Shown here one piece after another: positions 31,763-38,348 of a stretch of DNA of 38,348 nucleotides. The notes under the pieces were generated by a model, which made no database searches, was not told where the DNA came from, and worked only from the letters and a program-made list of their open reading frames with translations. The translations under genes and the position numbers were made by a program. Positions within the stretch are counted from its first letter, which is position 1. Every line of letters begins with the position of its first letter. This stretch comes from Planctomycetaceae bacterium (GTDB lineage: Bacteria; Planctomycetota; Phycisphaerae; Phycisphaerales; SM1A02), in NCBI GenBank assembly GCA_027488265.1, contig JAIYCA010000301.1:1-38348 (forward strand), given 5' to 3'.

Positions 31763-33007
31763 ATGAGCAACCGCCGCCACCTCTTCACTTCCGAAAGCGT
31801 CTCGATGGGTCACCCCGATAAGGTCGCGGATGCGATCTCGGATGCTGTGCTCGACCTCATTCTCGATCACGATTCGGAAGGCCGCTGCGCATGCGAGACA
31901 CTCGTGACGACGGCGCAAGCGATCGTCGCTGGTGAGATCAAGTTCAACCACAACGCGAAGAAGAAGTTCGATGTCCAGCAGACCGTACGCGATGCGATCC
32001 TCCGCATCGGCTACGACGACGCGGCGATGGGCTTCGACGGCAACGGCTGCGGTGTCATCAACCTCCTGCACGAACAATCCGCCGACATCGCGCGCGGCGT
32101 TGTACGTAAGTCGAAGAAGGCGCAAGGCGCTGGCGACCAAGGCATGATGTTCGGCTTCGCCTGCGATGAGACTGATCGTCTCATGCCGCTCCCGATCAAC
32201 CTCTCGCACCGCCTCGTCGAGAAGCAAGCCGAAGTGCGCCGCAAGGGCATCGTTTCGGGCATTCGCCCCGACGCGAAGAGCCAAGTCACGATTGAGTACG
32301 AAGGTCTCGAGCCGAAGAAGGTCGATGCGGTCGTCCTCTCGACGCAGCACGCGCCGGAATGGAACGGCGAGAAGAAGCAAGCCGAACTCAAGAAGGCCGT
32401 GACCGATGCGATCATCAAGCCGGTGCTCGGCAAGTGGTGGCACGACGGCGTCAAGGTCTACGTCAACCCGACGGGCCAATTCGAAATCGGCGGACCCCAC
32501 GGCGACTGCGGCTTGACTGGCCGCAAGATCATCGTCGACACCTATGGCGGCCGCGGTCGTCACGGTGGTGGCGCGTTCAGCGGCAAGGACCCTTCGAAGG
32601 TCGACCGCAGCGCGGCGTACATGGCGCGTTACATCGCGAAAAACATCGTCGCTGCGAAGCTCGCGCGCGTCTGCGAAGTGCAGGTTGCGTACGCGATCGG
32701 CGTCGCTGAGCCAGTGTCGGTGCTCGTCGATTCGCAAGGAACGGGCACCGTCGGCGACGAAGTGCTCTCGGCACTCGTGCGTGAAAACTTCGATCTGACG
32801 CCGTACGGCCTCATCGAAATGCTCAAGCTGCGCGCGCCGATCTACTCGGCGACGTCGAGCCACGGCCACTTCGGTCGCGAGCCAGGCGAAGCGGGCAAGG
32901 GCACGTTCTCTTGGGAGAAGACCGACATTGCTGCAGCCCTCAAGAAGGGCGCGGGCAAGGCTGTCAGCGCTCCGAAGAAGGCCGTGCGTGAACCGAGCCG
33001 CGCGTGA
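31763..33007 (+). CDS. metK: S-adenosylmethionine synthetase
   Basis: Motifs [28 protein letters not shown] and [22 protein letters not shown] at 31763. The ORF track's 82-codon upstream extension is not MetK-like. Confidence 0.95.
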   Translation: MSNRRHLFTSESVSMGHPDKVADAISDAVLDLILDHDSEGRCACETLVTTAQAIVAGEIKFNHNAKKKFDVQQTVRDAILRIGYDDAAMGFDGNGCGVINLLHEQSADIARGVVRKSKKAQGAGDQGMMFGFACDETDRLMPLPINLSHRLVEKQAEVRRKGIVSGIRPDAKSQVTIEYEGLEPKKVDAVVLSTQHAPEWNGEKKQAELKKAVTDAIIKPVLGKWWHDGVKVYVNPTGQFEIGGPHGDCGLTGRKIIVDTYGGRGRHGGGAFSGKDPSKVDRSAAYMARYIAKNIVAAKLARVCEVQVAYAIGVAEPVSVLVDSQGTGTVGDEVLSALVRENFDLTPYGLIEMLKLRAPIYSATSSHGHFGREPGEAGKGTFSWEKTDIAAALKKGAGKAVSAPKKAVREPSRA

Positions 33008-34497
33008 ATCGAGATGCACCCGTTGGTTACGCCGCACGTGAGGTCGCGCTCGAACGCGTCCTCGCGCAGGCGTTGCGCTTTCCTGATCTCGCCTACGCGG
33101 GAGCAGCGTCGTCTGATGCGCGCATCGAACCGCGGGATGATGCGCGGCTTGATCCGCGCGACGCAGCACTCGCGCGCGCGATTGAACACGCGGTGGTGCG
33201 TCGCTACCTAACGCTCATCGCGTGCATTCGGCCGCATCTCACGAAGAACTGGCCACTGCTCGAGAAGCCCGTGCAAGCGGCGCTTCTTGGCGGCGCTGCG
33301 CAGATTCTCTTTCTCGATCGCGTGCCGGCTGCGGCGGCGGTGGATGCGAGCGTCGAGTGGACGAAGCGACGTTTGCGTCCGGGTGCCGGCGGGCTTGTGA
33401 ACGCGGTCTTGCGCAAGGTTGCGGCGAGCGTTGCAGAACGGCTTCCACCATGCGAAGAGACGCGCGCGCTGATCGCTGATCAGACGCGGCGCAACATCGT
33501 GCCGTTGTCGGATGGCTCTGCACTGCGACTCTCGATTGATGCGTTCAGTGAAGATGCCGCCGCGAATCTCTCGGAACGAACAAGCCACGCGCGCGAATTG
33601 ATCCTCCACTGGATTGGCGCGTTCGGCTTTCGCGAGACCACGCGTCTTGCACTCCACGACCTCTCCGAGGCGCCGATCATCGTGACGACCGCGACGGACG
33701 TCGTGGTGCCGCGTGCGAGTGATGCTAAAGGCAACACGGTAGACAGCACGGTAGGCAGCACGGGGAGCGATGCCGCCCCTGCATCGACCGACACACCGAC
33801 GGATTCCAACATCGAGCCGCATGAAGAACGCGGATTCGGTGTGTGGAAGGGTTCGCACAGCGAGATGACGGCGATGCTTGCCGCGCATCCTGCATTGCGC
33901 GTGCAAGATCCGACGTCGGCGATGACGGTCGCGTCGCTCGCGCCGCTTCTGCCTCGCGCGCCGCAACTCATCGTCGACCTCTGTGCAGGCCGCGGAACGA
34001 AGACGAAGCAACTCGCGGAACTCTTTCCGAACGCGACCATTTTCGCCACCGACCCCGACGACGCGCGCTTCGCAGCGCTCGCCGAATTGCGGCACCGTCA
34101 TCCGGGCATCAAGCCGCTCTCACCGCAGTCGGTCTTCCGCGAAGCCGCGGGCAAAGCCGATCTCTTGCTGCTCGATGTGCCGTGCTCGAACTCGCGCGTG
34201 CTCGCGCGACGACCCGAAGCTCGCTACCGCTTCAGCAAAGCGCGGACGGCGGCGGTGATCGAGCTCCAACAGAAAATCGCAGACCCCGCGATCGGCCTTG
34301 TTGCACCCGGCGGCGCAGTGATCTACGCGACGTGCTCGATTGAACGCGCGGAAAACGAATCGCAGGTCAAGCGACTCGCGTCGCGCTTCGGGCTCACCTT
34401 GGCGGTCGAGCGTTCGATCATGCCTGCGGGCTTGCCCGGCGACTCGCCGCGCGTCTATCGCGACGGCGGCTACCACGCGCTTCTTTGGCGAACCTGA
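33004..34497 (+). CDS. rsmB: 16S rRNA (cytosine-C5)-methyltransferase, RsmB/Sun family
   Basis: NusB-like N-terminal half. SAM-MTase motifs [28 protein letters not shown] and [12 protein letters not shown]. The GTG start overlaps the metK stop (GTGA at 33004-33007). Confidence 0.75.
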   Translation: MNRDAPVGYAAREVALERVLAQALRFPDLAYAGAASSDARIEPRDDARLDPRDAALARAIEHAVVRRYLTLIACIRPHLTKNWPLLEKPVQAALLGGAAQILFLDRVPAAAAVDASVEWTKRRLRPGAGGLVNAVLRKVAASVAERLPPCEETRALIADQTRRNIVPLSDGSALRLSIDAFSEDAAANLSERTSHARELILHWIGAFGFRETTRLALHDLSEAPIIVTTATDVVVPRASDAKGNTVDSTVGSTGSDAAPASTDTPTDSNIEPHEERGFGVWKGSHSEMTAMLAAHPALRVQDPTSAMTVASLAPLLPRAPQLIVDLCAGRGTKTKQLAELFPNATIFATDPDDARFAALAELRHRHPGIKPLSPQSVFREAAGKADLLLLDVPCSNSRVLARRPEARYRFSKARTAAVIELQQKIADPAIGLVAPGGAVIYATCSIERAENESQVKRLASRFGLTLAVERSIMPAGLPGDSPRVYRDGGYHALLWRT

Positions 34498-34571
34498 ACG
34501 ATGCCTGCGCACATGCTTCATGCGTCGGAGGCGTCTCGACGCGAGAACGCTGCGCTGCATCCGCGCTTCTG

Positions 34572-34601
34572 AAATCCGCGCAGCCTAAATCCGCGCGGCC
34601 T
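34572..34601. repeat. 15-nt tandem duplication in the rsmB-ptsN spacer
   Basis: aaatccgcgcagcct / aaatccgcgcggcct (14/15 identical). The second copy can pair with the downstream CGGATT (AATCCG-n9-CGGATT). Confidence 0.6.
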
Positions 34602-34728
34602 ACGGATTCCGCCGCGCCCATCGCCACATCCGACCTTGTTACCATTGCCCCTTCCGCTTGGGATTTCATCCGAGTTTCCATGCGGGATTCCTCTTTGGGG
34701 ATTTCCCGCGATTGAAGGTCTTCGCGCC

Positions 34729-35184
34729 ATGCGCATTCTCGACATTCTCTCTCCGAGTTCCGTCAAGGTGCCGCTCGCATCGACGGAGAAACACGCGATC
34801 CTCGATGAACTCGTCGATCTCTTGGCGGCGAACGGACTGTGCCCCGATGCGGAAGCGGTGAAGAAGGCCGTCTGGGAGCGCGAGATGATTCGCACGACCG
34901 GTATCGGTATGGGCCTCGCGATTCCGCACGGCAAGTGCTCGAGCGTACCGAGCTTGGTGCTCGCGATCGGCAAGCCCGCGCAACCTGTGGAGTTCGGTTC
35001 GCTCGATAAGAAGCCTGTGGAACTGATCATCTTGCTCGTGTCGAACCCCGACAAGAAGGACGATCACATTCAAGCGCTCGGCAAGATCTCGAAGATCATG
35101 ACGAGCCCTGAATTCCGCCAGCGCGCGTACACCGCGAAGGATTCGACCGAACTCTTCGGTCTCTTCCGCGAAGCTGAGAGTTAA
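34729..35184 (+). CDS. ptsN: PTS EIIA-Ntr-type nitrogen regulatory protein
   Basis: ILDILSPSSVKVPL...K..IL.ELV, phosphorylatable His context GIGMGLAIPHGK, and LIILLVSNP. ATG at 34729 preferred over the upstream extension. Confidence 0.8.
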   Translation: MRILDILSPSSVKVPLASTEKHAILDELVDLLAANGLCPDAEAVKKAVWEREMIRTTGIGMGLAIPHGKCSSVPSLVLAIGKPAQPVEFGSLDKKPVELIILLVSNPDKKDDHIQALGKISKIMTSPEFRQRAYTAKDSTELFGLFREAES

Positions 35185-35194
35185 GTGTGCGCGC

Positions 35195-37240
35195 TTAGCG
35201 CCGCTCGCGTGCTTTCTCGAGTTCTTTCACGCGCATCTCACCAGCTTGCTTCAGGAACGGGCCTGAGTCTTTCACGCGGTCGGTTGCCATCAGCATCTCG
35301 CCGAGTTCTTGCATGAATCGCCATTCGTTCGGCGCGAGTTCGATCGCACGGCGATAGTCCGCCTCGGCGGCTTCGAGTTGACCGAGTCCGAAGTTTGCAG
35401 CTGCGCGCGCGCGATAGGCGAAGGCGTTGTCGGGCGCGATCACAAGCGTGCGGTCAATGAGCGCGATGCCTTCTTCGACTTCAGCGCGATTGCCGGATTC
35501 TGTCAGGATCAACGAGAGTCGACGCATGGCGTTGAGGTCGTCCGGCCGCTTGGCGACCGCCGCGCGCGCGATCATGAGTGCATCTTCACGACGACCTTCG
35601 TCGAGGAGCCACGTCACGAGTTCTTCGCGCAGGCCCGACCATTCAGGGTGCTTTTGCCATTCTGCAAATGAGAACTCAAGCGCCTCCGGAAGGCGTCCGT
35701 CGCCGCGCATCACGCGCGCGAGCGCGCCGGCGTCGTACTCGGTGAGACCTTCGCGTGCGATGCGTTCGCGGAGAATCGCCTCGGCGCGCGCGTAATCGAG
35801 CGTGACCGAAGAGAGCCATACGAGATTCGATTCAAGCGGGCGCGTCCACGGGCCGCGGAATCCGTAGCCCTCGGGCGCGGGAAGCGCGAACGCATAGAAC
35901 TTCTTCGCGCGCTCGGCGGCTGCGAGAATCGTGGGCTCTGGCTGCATGCGCGTGCCGCTGAAGACGACTTCCGGCGGCATTTTCACGCGCGTGTTCGAGT
36001 AGTCACCGAGCGCCATCGCGGCATTCAACGTGCCGACATATGCAAGGCCCGCAAGCGTGACCGCTGCAACGGCGGTGACAGCGACGCCCGCTCCGCGCAC
36101 GCGCCCTGCGCGACGGAGTTCAAAGCGATGAAGTCGCGCGTCGCGGCCTGAAAGCGCGCGATAGGCAAACCACGCGAGCGCCGTTGCCGTGATGGCGATA
36201 CCCGAAGCGAAGAGCAGCGGCACGCCGATCGGTCCGCGCACCGCGAAGAACGTCGCGATCGCGATGAGTCCGAAGCCGATCTCTTCGTTCCACGAGAGAT
36301 CCCAGCGTTGTTCCTTGCGGGGCGCATTGGCCTTCGCAAGAAACGCGGGCTTCCCGATACCCACGAAGAGCGCGTTCTCCGGGCATGCGCTCACGCAGTC
36401 GAGGCACTTCATGCAGCCTTGATCGACGACCATGCGGTAATCGCGCACTTCTTCGTGAATGCGCACATTCGACGTGCAGACCGCCGTGCAGTGACCGCAA
36501 CCGCTGCAGGCATCGGTGACGCGAATGCGCACCGGCGAGAGTTCGTCAAGCGGCGCGAAGAAGCCGCCGTACGGACAACCGTACGTGCAGTAGCCCTTCG
36601 CTCCGAGGAGATAGACGGTCGCAAATCCACAGACGAGTAGGAACGGCACGCCCATGAGGAAGCCAGGGAATGTCGCCCAGAAATCGCTGGTCGTGAACTC
36701 TGCCGTGAAGCCCGGCCACTGCAATTCGGGGCGCGTGAATGGCGCGATACCGAAGCGATACGCAAGCGGCCAGAGGAACATGTACACCGCGAGCGAAAGC
36801 GGCAGCCAAAGAAGTAGTCGCGAGCGAAAGAGTCGCGGGCGGATGCCGACCTTCTTCATGAGATAGCCGCAGAAATCCTGCAGCATCACGACGTGGCAGC
36901 CCCAACCGCAGAACCAACGCCCGAGGAGCGCCGTCGAGAGCAGCAACACCGCGAAGAGAATCGCGCCTGGATTGATGATGCCGTCTTTGACCGTCTCCAT
37001 CGACTCGCTTGGCTCAAGCGGCGCAACGGTGGTGCCCGTCCAAAGCCATTGGACGACGTGCACGATCATGAGGACCTGAATCACGCCAAGCACCGTCGCG
37101 CGGCGCCAACCCATGCGCGAGTGCGGCGTCCGCGAGCCCTTCGGTTGATGGTCGTCGGTGCCGCCGCCCCCTGCCGGAACAACCGGAAGCGAGAGAGAAA
37201 CAGCACCGTCCTTGCGCGATTCGCACTTCATCGGCCGCAT
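35195..37240 (-). CDS. CcoG/NapH-like membrane polyferredoxin fused to a C-terminal TPR domain
   Basis: N-terminal half has TM helices with GRWFCGWGCH and CTYGCPYGGFF, then two 4Fe-4S motifs (CSGCGHCTAVCTSN, CMKCLDCVSACPENA) and more TM helices. The C-terminal ~280 aa are TPR-like (AFAYRARAAANFGLGQLEAAEADYRRAIELAPNE). ATG at 37240 or 37231. Confidence 0.65.
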   Translation of the reverse strand: MRPMKCESRKDGAVSLSLPVVPAGGGGTDDHQPKGSRTPHSRMGWRRATVLGVIQVLMIVHVVQWLWTGTTVAPLEPSESMETVKDGIINPGAILFAVLLLSTALLGRWFCGWGCHVVMLQDFCGYLMKKVGIRPRLFRSRLLLWLPLSLAVYMFLWPLAYRFGIAPFTRPELQWPGFTAEFTTSDFWATFPGFLMGVPFLLVCGFATVYLLGAKGYCTYGCPYGGFFAPLDELSPVRIRVTDACSGCGHCTAVCTSNVRIHEEVRDYRMVVDQGCMKCLDCVSACPENALFVGIGKPAFLAKANAPRKEQRWDLSWNEEIGFGLIAIATFFAVRGPIGVPLLFASGIAITATALAWFAYRALSGRDARLHRFELRRAGRVRGAGVAVTAVAAVTLAGLAYVGTLNAAMALGDYSNTRVKMPPEVVFSGTRMQPEPTILAAAERAKKFYAFALPAPEGYGFRGPWTRPLESNLVWLSSVTLDYARAEAILRERIAREGLTEYDAGALARVMRGDGRLPEALEFSFAEWQKHPEWSGLREELVTWLLDEGRREDALMIARAAVAKRPDDLNAMRRLSLILTESGNRAEVEEGIALIDRTLVIAPDNAFAYRARAAANFGLGQLEAAEADYRRAIELAPNEWRFMQELGEMLMATDRVKDSGPFLKQAGEMRVKELEKARERR

Positions 37241-37285
37241 CCTACGCGGACACGCGGCGTGCGTTTCCTATACTCGCGGCCCGCT

Positions 37286-38230
37286 ATGGCTTCGCGCGAC
37301 TATTACGACATTCTCGGAGTTGGCCGTTCCGCAAGCGCGGACGAAGTCCGACGCGCGCACCGAAAACTCGCGCTGCAGTACCACCCCGACCGCAACAAGG
37401 CGAAGGACGCGCAGGCGAAATTCGCGGAAATTCAGCAGGCCTACGAGGTTCTCTCCGACGACGAGAAGCGCAAGCAATACGACGAGTTCGTGCGACTCGG
37501 TGGTTCACCCGATGCGTTCGGCTCTGGTGCAGCCGCCGGAGGCGCGGCCCCAGGCGCGGGCGGCCCGTTCGGCGGAGGTTGGGCGGGAGGAACGCCGGGC
37601 GCAGGCAGCGCGGGAAGTGCGAATTGGAGCGGCGACCCGCAAACCTTCGAGTCGATTTTCGGCGATCTCTTTGGCGGAGCCCGAGGTGGTCGCGCGGGCC
37701 GCACGCAACGAGCGCGCGCGAGCGAGCGGATGGAGTACGAAGTGCACGTGCCGCTCGAGACTGTGCTCAAAGGCGGGAAGCACGCGATTGCGATCGAAGG
37801 GCAACGGTTCGAACTCGATATCCCCGCGGGCCTCGAAGATGAAACGCTCGTCTCGGTGCCAGGGAAACTCGACGCGGTGGTGCGAGTCCACGTCGGCGAC
37901 CACGCGTGGATCGAGCGTGATGAACGCGATCTTTCGTACGACCTCCCGATTTCGATTGTGGAAGCAACACTCGGCGCGTCGGTCGATGCGCCACTGCCTG
38001 CAGGCGGCACGGTGACACTGAAGATTCCAGCGGGCACCGCGAGCGGAAAGAAGATTCGCATCTCGGGACGCGGATTCCCTGCGTCGAACGGCCGCCCTGC
38101 GGGTGACCTCTACGTCGTGGTGCAGATCGTTCCGCCGAAGGAGCCGAACGCGCTTACGACGCAATTGCTCGCGGAGGTCGGGCGCGCGATTGAGAATCCG
38201 CGTGCGCGCGCGCCGTGGAACCGTGCCTAA
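37286..38230 (+). CDS. cbpA: J-domain co-chaperone lacking the zinc finger (CbpA/class II DnaJ type)
   Basis: DYYDILGV...YHPDRN J-domain, Gly-rich linker, DnaJ C-terminal beta domains, and no CxxCxGxG repeats. ATG at 37286. The longer ORF from 36893 overlaps the divergent gene and is rejected. Confidence 0.75.
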   Translation: MASRDYYDILGVGRSASADEVRRAHRKLALQYHPDRNKAKDAQAKFAEIQQAYEVLSDDEKRKQYDEFVRLGGSPDAFGSGAAAGGAAPGAGGPFGGGWAGGTPGAGSAGSANWSGDPQTFESIFGDLFGGARGGRAGRTQRARASERMEYEVHVPLETVLKGGKHAIAIEGQRFELDIPAGLEDETLVSVPGKLDAVVRVHVGDHAWIERDERDLSYDLPISIVEATLGASVDAPLPAGGTVTLKIPAGTASGKKIRISGRGFPASNGRPAGDLYVVVQIVPPKEPNALTTQLLAEVGRAIENPRARAPWNRA

Positions 38231-38308
38231 GAATTCGTGCCTGAGAATTCGGGCCTAAGAATTCGGGCCTGAGAATTCGGGCCTAAGAATTCGGGCCTGA
38301 GAAATCGG
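38225..38308. repeat. 14-nt tandem array, 6 units, GCCT(A/G)AGAATTCGG with strict A/G alternation (28-nt higher-order unit)
   Basis: Read directly. Unit 1 contains the cbpA TAA stop. Units 1-5 each contain an EcoRI palindrome GAATTC; unit 6 is mutated to GAAATC. Confidence 0.9.
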
Positions 38309-38348
38309 GCGTGATGTGCCGTGCGTGATGTGCCGTGCGTGATGTGCC
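38309..38348. repeat. Second 14-nt tandem array, GCGTGATGTGCCGT, at least 2.9 units, truncated by the window end
   Basis: Read directly. Abuts the first array with the same 14-nt period. Confidence 0.85.

Noticed and set aside
31718-33169. 483-aa ORF antisense to metK, and 297-aa ORF (33208-34101) antisense to rsmB
   Set aside because: metK and rsmB motifs are unambiguous on the plus strand. The antisense products have no recognisable features.
37241-37285. TATACT box 12 nt upstream of the cbpA ATG as a -10 element giving a near-leaderless mRNA
   Set aside because: It is a single hexamer match in a 45-nt divergent spacer with no identifiable -35 element. That is too weak to call.
38225-38348. 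Possible CRISPR array
   Set aside because: The units are only 14 nt and directly abutting, with no unique spacers, and no cas genes are in the window.

Overview
High-GC (about 62-68% in sampled lines) bacterial chromosomal window. The gene content suggests Planctomycetota or a Phycisphaerae-like relative, but this is inference only; no searches were run. About half the window (1.4-20.8 kb) is an aerobic respiration block. It holds heme A and heme O synthases (ctaA, ctaB), a DUF3179 gene translationally coupled to ctaB, and one long minus-strand cluster. That cluster encodes Alternative Complex III (actABCDEF), a small membrane protein, SCO1, and a caa3-type cytochrome c oxidase (subunits II, I, III, IV plus a second subunit-III-like gene). 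Downstream are tatD, tatC, tadA and a HAD hydrolase. Next comes a roughly 3-kb lower-GC segment (about 48-58%) encoding two secreted proteins: a HAF-like repeat protein with a dockerin-like C-terminal module, and a protein with a PEP-CTERM-like tail. The remainder encodes truD, a DUF151 nuclease, an S8 peptidase carrying the same dockerin-like module, metK, rsmB, an orphan ptsN, a CcoG/NapH-like polyferredoxin fused to TPR repeats, and a CbpA-type J-protein. I found no tRNA, rRNA, CRISPR array, transposase or integrase, and no recognisable defence system. The less ordinary signals are listed here.
- Short tandem repeat arrays (8, 11, 14, 15 and 16 nt) sit in intergenic spacers, often starting at stop codons.
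- An intrinsic terminator stands alone at the end of about 0.33 kb of unassigned DNA.
- A CRP-like palindrome lies upstream of actA.
- His-rich tails occur on several respiratory subunits.
- Domain insertions or fusions occur in CtaA, TatC, CoxIII and the polyferredoxin-TPR protein.
All start codons are provisional and all family assignments rest on motifs read by eye.
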